From an uncultured Actinomycetes bacterium (GTDB lineage Bacteria > Actinomycetota > Acidimicrobiia > Acidimicrobiales > Ilumatobacteraceae): 64,000 nucleotides of DNA. A program made the position numbers and the translations under genes. Under the pieces are notes generated by a model. It had not been told where the DNA came from, did no database searches, and saw only the letters and a program-made list of their open reading frames with translations. Positions 9,504 through 20,200 of the stretch are shown piece after piece (position 1 is the stretch's first letter; each line of letters opens with the position of its first letter). The stretch is taken from NCBI GenBank assembly GCA_963754705.1, contig CAVWGZ010000005.1:162161-226160 (forward strand), in the 5' to 3' direction.

Positions 9504-9524
9504 CAGGCAGTGAGCGACCCGCTG
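9504..9524. repeat. right copy of 21-bp perfect direct repeat
   Basis: Identical to 5930-5950. It starts 8 nt after the stop of the second YHYH gene. Confidence 0.95.
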
Positions 9525-9579
9525 ATCGGTTTCAGCGCAGCTGTCGCGAGGGATCACACCCGCGACCGGCCAACGATCA

Positions 9580-10669
9580 TCACGAGCCGATCCGGATCCT
9601 GATCCGATCCGCAGCGCTCGCCGTCACCCGGCCGATGACTGCCTGTGCCGGCGTGCCGTGCGAGACCAACTGTTCGATCAGGGCGCCGACCGCCGACGGG
9701 TCGCACGACAGCACGAGCCCGCCGGAGGTCTGCGCGTCGCTGAGGAGCAGCTGGGCCGTCCGCCCGAGCGAACCCCACCCGATCCGCCCCTCGGCCGATT
9801 CGTGGTTGCGAACCGTTCCCCCGGCGACCACGCCGGCATCGAGCAGGTCGATCACTCCGTCGAGTGCCGGAACGGCGTCGGCGTCGAGCTCGATCGCGAC
9901 ATCGGAGGCTTCGGCCAACTCGAGCAGATGTCCGATCAGTCCGAAACCGGTGACATCGGTGGCGGCGTGGACGGCCCCGCCGACGCCCACCCCGACCGCA
10001 GCCGCAGCTGCCGCCGCCGAGGCGTTCAACGTGGTCATCACCGCGATCGCAGCATCGACCTGCTCTGCGGAGGCCACTCCCCGCTTGATCGCGGTGGCGA
10101 TCACGCCGGAGCCGAGCGGCTTGGTCAGCACGAGGACGTCGCCGATCCGGGCCCCGGCGTTGGTCAGGATCCGCGCCGGGTCGACGGTGCCGACCACCGC
10201 CATCCCGTACTTCGGCTCGGGATCGTCGATCGAGTGTCCACCGACGACGAGACAACCGGCGGAGCGGGCGACGGTCGCGCCACCCTCGAGCACCCGGCCG
10301 AGGACGTCGAACGAGAGCACCTCACAGCGGCCAGGCGACGAGGTTGAGAGCGAGCAACGGAACGCCGCCCATCGCGTACACGTCGGACAGCGCGTTCGCC
10401 GCTGCGATCCTCCCCCAGTCGAACGGATCGTCGACCAGCGGGGTGAAGAAGTCGGTGGTGACGACGATCGCCAGACCGTCACGGAGACGGTAGACCGCAG
10501 CGTCGTCGGAGGTCCCGAGGCCGACGAGGAGGTTGGGATCGTCGCTGGCCCCGAGCCCGGGAACGGAGGCGAGCACGGCGCGCAGGTCGGTCGGTGAGAG
10601 CTTGCAGGCACAGCCCCCGCCTCGGGAGAAGGCCGTCAGTCGGAGCGGCTCGGCGGTCGTCGACATCAC
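9580..10669 (-). pseudogene. selD: selenide, water dikinase (selenophosphate synthetase), Cys-type, one frame break at ~10322
   Basis: The motifs are [17 protein letters not shown] and GGHSIDDPEPKYG. The junction reads ...VAWPL TGA G.... Removing the T restores WPLEVLSFDVLGRVLEGG. Confidence 0.9.
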
Positions 10670-10702
10670 CGCAACCTACCGATCGCAGCTAGCGTCTCCG
10701 CC

Positions 10703-10796
10703 GGAGGTGTCCGAGCGCCTGGTGGGCTCCGCCGCCTTCAAAGCGGTTGGAACGGGTATCCCGTTCGGCGGGTTCGATTCCCGTCCACCTCCGCCA
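10703..10796 (+). tRNA. selC: tRNA-Sec (anticodon UCA)
   Basis: The 94-nt element pairs the acceptor GGAGGTG with CACCTCC and encodes G-CCA. The anticodon loop is CTTCAAA. It has a long variable arm (TTGGAACGGGTATCCCGTTCGG) and the T-loop GGTTCGATTCC. It lies 34 nt from the selD start. Confidence 0.85.
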
Positions 10797-10909
10797 CAAC
10801 CTGCGCCGGTGGCGTCGAGACGGTGCTCGGGCCGGCGAGGACCCGGCGCACCATCGAGCAGGCGGTTCGGTCGGGATGGGCAAGGCCCGCTCGAGCCCGC
10901 GTTGGTCGC

Positions 10910-10946
10910 TTGACGCCCCTCGGTCACATAGTTAAGTTAGTGACCG
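10910..10946 (+). promoter_or_regulatory. candidate promoter with overlapping palindromic operator for the sugar operon
   Basis: TTGACG (10910-10915) is followed after 17 nt by TAAGTT (10933-10938). The palindrome CGGTCAC-N12-GTGACCG (10921-10946) sits in the only AT-rich patch upstream of ATG 10965. Confidence 0.4.
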
Positions 10947-10964
10947 AAGTAAGGCGACGGACGA

Positions 10965-11855
10965 ATGACGATGGTCGGACAGTCGGGGGTGAAGAAGGCG
11001 CTGACCGTCAGCGCGTTCCTCGGGCCGAGCCTGCTCGCCCTGCTCGCGTTCTCGATCGGCCCGATGGTCGGCACGGTGTGGGTGAGCCTCCAGGACTGGA
11101 ACCTGATCCGTGACGCCGAGGTTCATCGGCCTCGACAACTACCGCGAGTTGTGGGGCGACGACGACTTCCACCGGGCGTTGCTGAACACGCTCTACTACC
11201 TCGTCGGCTACCTGCCGCTCGTGATGGTCGGTGGCCTCGGCCTGGCGCTGCTGGTCAACAGCAAGCTGAAGGGCGTCGCGATGTTCCGCGCGATGTACTT
11301 CCTGCCGGTCGTGACGAGCTGGGTCGTCGTGGCCTTGCTGTGGAAGTGGTTGCTCAACCCGAGCGACGGGCTCGTCAACTGGGCTGCTCGGCCTGGTCGG
11401 CATCGACGGACCCGGCTGGTGGACGTCGCGGACGTGGGCGATGCCGTCGGTGATCCTGGCGTCGGCGTGGAAGGACCTCGGGTTCGTGATGATCATCCTG
11501 CTCGCCGGTCTGCAGTCGATCGACGAGACGCTGTACGAGGCGGCGAAGATCGACGGGGCCGGGGCGTGGCAGCGGCTGCGGTCGATCACGATCCCGATGC
11601 TGACGCCGTCGTTGTTCTTCGTCGACGGTGATCAGCCTGATCAACGGGTTCCAGGTGTTCGACCAGGTGTGGGTGATGACCGACGGCGGGCCGGCCGGTT
11701 CGTCGACCGTCGTCGTGGAGCAGATCGTGAAGAACACGTTCTCGTTCGGTCGGGCCGGGTACGCGTCGGCGATGAGCGTCGTGCTGTTCGTGATCATCCT
11801 CGTCGTCACGGCGGTGCAGATGCGGATGCAGAAGCGGTGGGTCTTCTATGGCTGA
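10965..11855 (+). pseudogene. carbohydrate ABC transporter permease (MalF/UgpA-like), 3 frame breaks
   Basis: Fragments lie in frames 0->1->2->0: SLQDWNLI / TPRFIGLDNYRELW...FRAMYFLPVVTSWVV / LLGLVGIDGPGWW...AAKIDGAGAWQRLRSITIPML / VISLINGFQVFDQVWVMT. Confidence 0.85.
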
Positions 11856-12774
11856 CCTCGCCATCGCTTCCGACCGCACCGCCCGACGATCGCGCTCGGC
11901 GCCGCGAGCCCGACCGGCTGAGATCAGCGCCGGACCGTCGTGGCTCGTCTGCCGACGGCGCGTCCGGCTGCGTCGGTCGCTACGTCGTGATGGTCGCGTG
12001 CGCGGCGGTGATGATCGGGCCGTTCGTCTGGATGGTGCTCGCTGCGCTCAAGACCGATGCCGACATCCGCAGCGTGCCGCCGACGTTCATTCCCGATCCG
12101 GTCACCGGCGAGAACTTCACGCGCGTCACCGACGCGTTCGACTTCTGGCGCTTCACCGCGAACAGCATCGGCATCGCGATCGCATCGACGATCCTGCAAC
12201 TCGTGACCGCGACGTCGGCTGCGTACGCCTTCGCCCGGATGGAGTTCAAGGGCCGCAACGCGCTGTTCGGGCTGTACCTCGCGACGATGATGATCCCGCT
12301 CCAGGTCGTGATCGTCCCGTTGTTCATCGAGATGCGCAACCTCGGCCTCGTCGACAGCTACGCCGGGTTGCTGCTGCCGACGATCGTGTCGAGCTTCGGC
12401 ACGTTCCTGATGCGCCAGGCCTTCCTCGGGTCTCCCGAAGGAACTCGACGAAGCAGCGTTCATCGACGGCGCCAACCACTTCCAGGTCTTCACCAAGGTG
12501 CTGCTGCCGCTCGTCAAGCCGGCACTCGCGACGTTCGCGGTCTTCGCGTTCATGGCGACGTGGAACTCGTTCCTGTGGCCGCTCGTCATCACGCAGGCAT
12601 CGGACCAGCACGTCACGCTGCCGGTCGGTCTCGTCTCGACTGAACGGTCGCTTCGGCACCGACTGGAACGTCGTCATGGCCGGCTCGGTGATCAGCATCG
12701 TCCCGATCGTCGCCTTCTACGCGTTCACCCAGCGATGGGTGATCCGAAGCGTCGCGTTCACGGGAATGAAGTGA
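11848..12774 (+). pseudogene. carbohydrate ABC transporter permease (MalG/UgpE-like), >=3 frame breaks
   Basis: The fragments are IGPFVWMVLAALKTD...ILQLVTATSAAYAFARMEFKGRN, then LPLVKPALATFAVFAFMATWNSFLWPL, then FGTDWNVVMAGSVISIVPIVAFYAF, in successive +1 frames. Confidence 0.85.
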
Positions 12775-12834
12775 CGCACATCGAACCAACCACGCCGGCC
12801 TCAGCTCGGACCACAACAGACAGAGGGGAACCAC

Positions 12835-14209
12835 ATGAGCAGCATCACGATCACCACACGAGCCGGGCGATCGCGCTCGCGCGATCGCTCGCGCTCGATC
12901 GCCGGCGCTGCGGCGTGCGACGACCGGCGCCTGCGGCACGCGACGACGACGCCGACAGCCGACGCCGACGCCGCCACCGACCCGACCGACCGCCGGACAG
13001 CCGGACCACCGTCGCCGAGCGTCCGGAGCGACGGGGACCGAGCCCGGCGTCCGACGAGGCAGGTGACGATCAGCTACTTCACGTTCTCGGCAGCCCCGGA
13101 CCACCTCGAGGACCTCGATGCGATCATCGCCGCGTTCGAGGCCGAGAACCCGAACATCACGATCGAGACCCAGACCGCGTCCTACGACGACTACTTCACC
13201 AGCCTGCAGACGCAGATCGCCGGCGGCACCGCACCCGACACGTTCGAGTTGAACTACGAGAACTTCGTCACCTACGCCCGCAGCGGCGCCCTGCTCGATC
13301 TCGGCGCTCGCCGGGATCGACACCAGCCGCTACTACCCGCTCGCGCTCGAGGGCTTCCAGGACGGCGGCACGCAGTACGGCCTGCCGGCGACGTTCTCCG
13401 ACGTCGTGCTGATCTACAACACGACGCTGTTCGACGCCGCCGGACTCGACTACCCGTCGCCGGACTGGACCTGGGAGGACGAGCGCGCCGCGGCCGAGGC
13501 ACTCACCGACGAGCCGACCGGCGTCTACGGATCGTTACCAGCCGGTCAGCTTCTTCGAGTTCTACAAGGCGCTCGCCCAGGCCGGCGGCGAGTTCTTCGA
13601 CGCCGACGGCAACGCCACGTTCAACTCCGAAGCCGGCGTCGCGGCCGCCGAGTGGCTGACATCGAAGCCGGGCACGATCATGCCGACGCTCGCCGAGATC
13701 GGCGGCACGCCGGACTTCGACACCAACCTGTTCCAGAGCGGCAAGCTGGCGATGTGGCACAACGGCATCTGGCAGTTCAACGGCCTGAACGAGTCCGGCG
13801 TCGACTACGACGTCGTCGTCGAGCCCGGCATGGAGCAGAAGGCGAACGCGGTGTTCATGAACGGCGTCGTCGCATCGGCCGACACCGACCATCCCGAGGC
13901 GGCCGCGAAGTGGATCGAGTTCTTCACGTCGTCGCCGACCACGGTCGACACCCGCCTCGCCTCGATCGTGGGAACTGCCCGCGGTCAACGACGAGGCGGC
14001 ATTCGCCAGCTACCTCGAGGTCACACCGCCGGCGAACCGCCAGGCCGTGCTCGACGCGCTCGACGACATCGCGCTTGCCGCCGGTGATCGAGCGCCAGGC
14101 GGAGATGCAGGAGATCGTCGGCCAAGCACTCGAGCGGATCGTGCTCGACGGCGCCGACATCCAGACGACCCTCGATGAGGCCGCAGCCGAAGTCGACGCG
14201 CTGAGCTGA
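12835..14209 (+). pseudogene. extracellular sugar-binding protein of the ABC system, ~4 frame breaks
   Basis: The fragments are FTFSAAPDHLEDLDAIIAAFEAENPNITIE..., YGLPATFSDVVLIYN..., GKLAMWHNGIWQF... and ...ERQAEMQEIVGQALERIVLDGADIQTTLDEAAAEVDAL. They follow frames 1->2->0->1->2. Confidence 0.8.
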
Positions 14210-14214
14210 ACGCC

Positions 14215-15354
14215 GTGACGGCGATGACCACCCCCGACTCGGCGCTCGACGCGCTCGTGCGCCGCAGTATCGAGGTCATCGCCGAGCACCAGGACGTCGG
14301 CGGGGCCTACCCGGCCTCGCCGACGTTCCCGGTGTACCGATTCTCGTGGTTCCGCGACGGCGCCTTCATCGCCGACGCCATGAGCCGGGCCGGACGACAC
14401 GACAGCGCCGACCGGTTCTTCGCCTGGTGCGCGCGCGATCATCAACGACCGGGCCGACAGATCGACGATCTGATCGACACGAGCTCCGCGACGGCGAGCC
14501 GGTCGGACGCGACGAACACCTCCCGACCCGCTACACGCTCGACGGCGAGCCGACAGGCGAGGACTGGTGGGACTTCCAGCTCGACGGCTACGGCACCTGG
14601 ATGTTCATGCTCGTCGCGCACCTCGAACGACACGCAACGGACCGTCGATCCGCCGATCCGAGATGCGGGCCGCCGTCGAGCGGCTGCGTCGACTACCTCT
14701 GCGAGTTCTGGCAGCGAACCATGCTTCGACTGGTGGGAGGAGCACGCCGACGGCGTCCACGTCTCCACCCTCGCGTCGATCGAAGCCGGGCCTGCGCGCC
14801 GTCGCCGCGACGTGGGCTCGCTCGACGGCGAGCGCGGCCGAGCGGGTCACGAGCCACAGCGCAGCGATCGTCGAGCACATCGAGCAGCGACGGCGTCGTC
14901 GACGGCCATCTCGTCAAGACGATCGGTCGCGACGACCGCGTCGACGCGTCGCTGATCGCAGCATTCGTTCCGTTCGGCACGTTCGACCCGCACCGGCGAC
15001 CTCGCCGCCGACGACGTACGACGAGATCGTCGCCGACCTCGCCCCCGACGGCGTCCACCGCTACCTCGGCGACACCTACTTCGGCGGCGGACGATGGGTC
15101 GTGCTCGCCGGGTTCGTCGGCGCGTTCGAGGCCGTCACCGGACGCACCGACGACGCCCGGCGACGTCTGGCGTGGATGTGCGACAGCAGACCGACGACGG
15201 GCTGCTCCCCGAACAGACGACCGATCATCCGCCTCGACGCACGCGTTCATCGACGAGTGGGTCGAGCGGTGGGGTCCGGTCGCAACACCGCTGCTGTGGT
15301 CGCACGCGATGTACATCACCCTCGCCGACGAACTCGGCGACGAGCGCGCGATGA
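14215..15354 (+). pseudogene. glycoside hydrolase family 15 (glucoamylase/trehalase-like), many frame breaks
   Basis: The motifs YRFSWFRDGAF, EDWWDFQLDGYGTW, CFDWWEEHADGVH, HRYLGDTYFGGG and PLLWSHAMY are scattered over all three frames. The end coordinate is approximate. Confidence 0.75.
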
Positions 15355-17603
15355 CGACCGACGTCGACACCGCCCCGCTCGGCAGCGGCCACCCGTACCG
15401 GATCGACCCCGACCAGCGCCACCCGATCCACCCGATCGTCGGCGAATCCGTCGAGATCCGAGTCACGGACACCCCGACGTCAACGGCGTCGACATCGAGG
15501 TCGTCGGCGCCGACGAGGTCGACGACGATCGCGATGCGACGCGCCGACCCCGACGACCTGTACGCCGGCAGCGGGCACCAGCGACGGCCACCTCGCGGCC
15601 GCGAGCGGCGCACGACCCGACATCGGCGACGACGCCGTCTGCGTCGCACCACGTTCGACCGCGCCGGCCGGACCGCCTTCCGGTACCGATTCCGACACGA
15701 CCGACGACAGTCACCGACTGGTTCGACACGCACCGGCGCCAGCTGGTCCGACACCGGCGGCGACCTCCGCACCCGACGGAACCGTCGGGCCGACCCGGTC
15801 GAGGTGCGATTGGCTGGTCGGTCGCCGACGGCCCGGTGCGCTGTCGCTTCGTGCTGCCGCTCGACGCCCGACGATCACGTCGTCGGCTTCGGCGAACGCT
15901 TCCACGCCCTCGACCAACGCGGCCATCGACTCGACGCCCGCGTCTTCGAGCAGTACAAACAGCAGGGCATACGCACCTATCTCCCGTCCCCGTTCGCCGT
16001 CGTCGCAGCCGGAGCGGTACCCGACGGGTGGGGGTTCCACGTCGACACCAGCCGCGTCACCGACGTTCGACGTCGGCCATACCACACCGGAACCAACTGG
16101 TCGTCGACGGTCGACGTCGACCCCGACCGACCCGACGGTCGACCTCCACCTCTACTCCGGCAGCCCCCGCGACGGTGATCGCCGCACACGTCGCCCGCAT
16201 CGGCGGCCTCGTGCGACCACCGGACTGGGTGTTCCGACCGTGGATGTCGGCCAATGAATGGAACACGCAAGCACGCGTCCTCGGCCGAGGTCGAACGCAG
16301 CGTCGAACTCGACATCCCCGTCGGCGCGATCGTGATCGAGGCGTGGAGCGACGAAGCGACGTTCGTCGCGTTCAACGACGCCGAGTACGAACCGACGACG
16401 ACGGCGCACCGATGCGGCTCGCCGACTTCACGTTCCCGCGCCGACGGCAGTGGCCCGACCCGAAAGCGATGGTCGACCGGCTCCACGAACTCGACGTCAA
16501 GGTGCTGCTGTGGCAGATCCCGATCGTGCCCATCGACCGCGACCGCGAGGTCTCACCGACCGCCGCCGCCCAGGTCGCGCGCCGACGCCGCCCACGCTCG
16601 ATCGACGACGGCCTGTGCGTGCACGAAGACGACGGCACCCCGTACCACAACCGCGGCTGGTGGTTCCCCGGCGGGCTCTGCCCGACTGGACCAACCCCGA
16701 CACCCGACGATGGTGGACCGACAAGCGCCGCTACCTGCTCGACGAGCTCGGGATCGACGGGTTCAAGACCGACGGCGGCGAACACGCATGGGGCGACGAA
16801 CTGCGCTACCACGACGGCACCCGCGGCGCACGCGACCAACAACCTGTTCGCCGAACCACTACGCCGACCGCGTACCACGACCTCATTCGCAGCACCGGCA
16901 TCGACGGCGTCACGTTCAGCCGCGCCGGCTTCACCGGCGCCGGCACCGTCCCGTGCCACTGGGCCGGCGACGAGGACTCGACCTGGGAAGCGTTTCGGGC
17001 GTCGATCACCGCCGGTCTCACCGCCGGCGTCAGCGGCGTCCCGTTCTGGGGTTGGGACATCGCCGGCTTCTCCGGCGAGATCCCGAGCGTCGAGCTCTGG
17101 GCGCGCGCCACCGCGATGGCCGCACTCTGTCCGATCATGCAGTACCACGCCGAGTACAACCACGGCCGAACACCGTCCAACGACCGCACCCCCTGGAACC
17201 TCGCCGAGCGACACGACGACGATCGCGCGATCACCATCTACCGGCAGTACGCGCACCTCCGCGAACGGCTGCTGCCGTACATCACGCGAGCAAGCCGACC
17301 TCACCGTCACCACCGGCGTCCCGCTGATGCGGCCACTGTTCATCGACCACACACGACCCGAGGTCTGGGACCACCCGTACCAGTACATGTTCGGCGACGA
17401 CCTGCTCGTCGCCCCCGTCTGCTGGGAAGGAGCCGACGAACTCGACGTCTATCTGCCAGCCGGCGACTGGGTCGACGTCTGGACCGGCCACACCGTCGCT
17501 GGCAGCCGATCGCATCGTCGAACCGCACCGCTCGACCGGATCCCGGTCTTCGCACGCCCCGGACGCAGCGACGCGGTTCCTCCGGACTTTCCAGACCAAC
17601 TGA
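15351..17603 (+). pseudogene. glycoside hydrolase family 31 (alpha-glucosidase/alpha-xylosidase-like), many frame breaks
   Basis: The motifs are GFGERFHALDQRG, PPDWVFRPWMS, IPVGAIVIEAWSDE, KVLLWQIP, DGFKTDGGEH, HWAGDEDSTWE and PLDRIPVFAR. A TGATAG double stop at 17601-17606 is taken as the end. Confidence 0.8.
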
Positions 17604-17639
17604 TAGTTTGCTCACCGAATCGAAGGACGAGGGCGTCGA

Positions 17640-18856
17640 ATGCAGACGTGTGAAGCCGGGCAGCAAACGGCTGATCCGAGAGATCAACGAAGCGATCATC
17701 CTCGACGCCGTCCGCACCCACGGTCAACGAGTCACGCGCACGACATCGCCGCCGACACCGGACTCAGCGCCCCGACCGTCTCCGGCATCACCGCCGACCT
17801 GATCGACCGGAATCTGCTCTACGAACACTCCACCGGAGAGTCCGCCGGCGGACGACGACCCGTCATGCTCGCCCTCAACGCGTCGCCGGATACGTCATCG
17901 GCGTCGAAGGTCACCGAGACCGCACGTCATCGCCGTGCTCACCGACCTCGAAGCCACCGTCGTCCACCGACGCCGCCGCAAGCTCCGCGGCACCGACGTC
18001 GACCACGTCGTCAAACTGATCGGCGAGATCACCGACGACCTCAGAGCGAAGGTCCCCGACACCCCGGTCTACGGACTCGGTGTGGGCACCGCCGGCGTCG
18101 TCGACAGCGTCCACGGCATCGTCCACCACGGCACCTACGCCCACTGGCGCGACATCCCGCTCGGCGACCTGCTCTACCAACGGACCGGGCTACCGACGAT
18201 CGTCGAGAACGACGTCAACGCACTCGCCGTCAGCGAGCACTGGTTCGGGGTCGGCAAGGGCGTCGCCAACCTGCTCGTCGTCAGCCTCGGACGCGGTATC
18301 GGACTCGGCCTGATCCTCGACGGACGTCTCTACCGAGGAGCATCCGGCGGCGCCGGCGAGTTCGGACACGTCAAGATCGCCGACAACGCCACACCGTGCG
18401 CCTGCGGCGCGACCGGCTGTCTCGAAGCCGTCGTCGCCGACCCTGCGCTGGAGTACCAGCTGCAACAGATCGACGGCACCGCGATCACCGTCGCCGAGGC
18501 GGCCGAAGGCGCCCGCGCCGGCAACGACGAGCTACCGCGCCGTCTTCACCGACGCCGGCATCCACCTCGGCCGAGCGATCGCCAACCTCGTCAACATCCT
18601 CAACCCCGAACTGATCGTGCTGTCCGGCGAAGGCTCCCACGCCGCCGACCTGATGATCGACACCCTCGCCGCCACGCTCAGAGCCCACACCTTCAACGGG
18701 CTCACGGACGACGCCAGCCTCGTCGTCGAACCATGGGACGACGAAGCATGGGCCCAAGGCGCGGCCAGCCTCGTGCTCGCCGAAGTCTTCCAACCATCGC
18801 TCCGCCCACACACCGGCAGCACCCGACCCAGCCTCCACGTCATCCAGGCGAGCTGA
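17640..18856 (+). pseudogene. ROK-family transcriptional repressor, >=6 frame breaks
   Basis: The pieces are MQT/VKPGSKRLIREINEAIILDAV, SRADIAADTGLSAPTVSGI, GVGTAGVVD, GGAGEFGH and the Zn motif CACGATGCLEA. The C-terminus lies in a further +1 frame. Confidence 0.85.
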
Positions 18857-18995
18857 ACCTCATCCGCACGGATTCGCTGAGCGACCATGCCGATGTTCAC
18901 GTCGTCGACGGTGGCGAAGCCAGCATCCGCGGCGTAGCGGCGCACGGTATCGGCCCGCATGACGGTCCCCGTTCCGGCGCCGCCATGTTGCAGAC
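18857..18995 (-). pseudogene. C-terminal fragment of a class-I SAM methyltransferase (remnant, no start, stop lost)
   Basis: LSLQHGGAGTGTVMRADTVRRYAADAGFATVDDVNIGMVAQRIR resembles methyltransferase C-termini. There is nothing upstream of it. Confidence 0.35.
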
Positions 18996-19164
18996 TCAGC
19001 TCGGCGCGTCCTTGAAGGTGATCGCATCGAGCCCCTGGTAGCTGCCTAGCATGTCGAAGACGCCCCAGTGCTCAATTATTTGGTCATTGCGACACCGAAA
19101 GACGTGTTCAGTGGTTCCGGGCATTTCTACTCCTTGCCCCTGTTTGGGTGGCACGTGTTCAAGC
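18996..19164 (-). pseudogene. C-terminal fragment of a SnoaL-like ester-cyclase-fold protein (remnant)
   Basis: HVPPKQGQGVEMPGTTEHVFRCRNDQIIEHWGVFDMLGSYQGL*. The N-terminal half is missing because it abuts the hydrolase stop at 19165. Local GC is about 55% by hand count over 19021-19200. Confidence 0.45.
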
Positions 19165-20079
19165 TCATCGGGCATCTCGAAGTCGGTGCCAGTCACGAAT
19201 GTGATCCGCGTAGCCGGTCGGGTCGTCGCACATGGGGAAGTGGTTGCCGCCCGGGACCGTCCAGTTCCGAGCGTGCGGGAACATCGCGTGCCATCGTGCG
19301 GCGAACCCGAATGGATCGTTCTTCTCACCGAAGATCGTCAGAACTCGAAGGTGCGCGAGGTTCGACTCGAGTGCGAGTTCTGCTTCGGCGAACAGCGGTG
19401 TCGCGTGCCGAGCGGATCGAAACACTCGGTGGAAGTTCCGGCTGGTCCTTCGGCTGCGATACGGCCCGAAGAAGGCGGCCCGCTCGGCCTTGTCGTAGTG
19501 GCGTCCGACACCGGATCGGGATCGCGATCCGCGAGCGACCACTCGAAAGGTTCCGAGCAAACCGCTCGCGAAACGGCTGCCGATGAATCCGAGCATGAAG
19601 TTGAGTGCTCGACGGTCTGGCGGCCAAGCGAACGAGTTGGTCACGACCAGCCCGTCGATCCCACCGGGTTGCCTCGCGGCTGCCACCACCCCGACGACCC
19701 CGCCCAGGTCGTGAACAACCAACGTCGATGACTCGACCCGTGCGTGCTCGAGCAGTCCGGTGACGATGGCCGGAAACTCGGCGAGATCGACGTCCGCCGC
19801 CTTGCCTCCGCTGAGCCCGGCGCCGGGAAAGTCGAGGGAGATGCACCGGAAGTCCGTGCACAGTTCGGCGATGACATCTCTCCAGACGAAACTCCACATG
19901 CCCGCATGCACGAAGACCAGCACCGGACCCGCACCTTCATCGGTGTAGTGAACGGCGAGGGGTTTCTGGCCGCAGCGATGGTGTTCGTACCGGCGCAGGC
20001 GGAATGGCCATTGCTCATGAGGCAGCCACGTCGGTCGGTCGAACACGGCGATTGCATCGTTCGTGTGCATCGTGGTCAT
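19165..20079 (-). CDS. alpha/beta hydrolase (haloalkane-dehalogenase-like fold)
   Basis: ATG 20079 (MTTMHTND) follows AGGAGA. The motifs are VLVFVHAGMWSFVW, VVHDLGGVVG (nucleophile elbow with Asp) and GGNHFPMCD. Confidence 0.8.
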   Translation of the reverse strand: MTTMHTNDAIAVFDRPTWLPHEQWPFRLRRYEHHRCGQKPLAVHYTDEGAGPVLVFVHAGMWSFVWRDVIAELCTDFRCISLDFPGAGLSGGKAADVDLAEFPAIVTGLLEHARVESSTLVVHDLGGVVGVVAAARQPGGIDGLVVTNSFAWPPDRRALNFMLGFIGSRFASGLLGTFRVVARGSRSRSGVGRHYDKAERAAFFGPYRSRRTSRNFHRVFRSARHATPLFAEAELALESNLAHLRVLTIFGEKNDPFGFAARWHAMFPHARNWTVPGGNHFPMCDDPTGYADHIRDWHRLRDAR

Positions 20080-20200
20080 CAGATTCTCCTGGTGCTGGGA
20101 TCTGATGTAGAGGACGATTGAGACCTGGCGAGGTGTGACATGGCCACGAAATGTCACGCCTCGATCGCGTTGACCGTCCTGTAGGCATGACGAGCGAAGA

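Noticed and set aside
9493-9513. The mini-ORF ATG ATC GTC GAC AGG CAG TGA (MIVDRQ*), ending in the right-hand repeat copy.
   Set aside because: It is only six codons long. Its last codons exist merely because the repeat duplicates the SRPBCC gene terminus, so it is not a gene.
10320-10326. Possible programmed recoding (Sec insertion or a prfB-like +1 frameshift) at CTG-TGA-G in selD, with the same N-TGA-G context at about 36764 and about 55300.
   Set aside because: Reading through TGA in frame does not continue the protein, so a +1 shift is required. There is no slippery codon or upstream Shine-Dalgarno stimulator as in prfB. Dozens of equivalent breaks elsewhere do not involve a stop. About 3 of roughly 60 random insertions creating a stop is within expectation.
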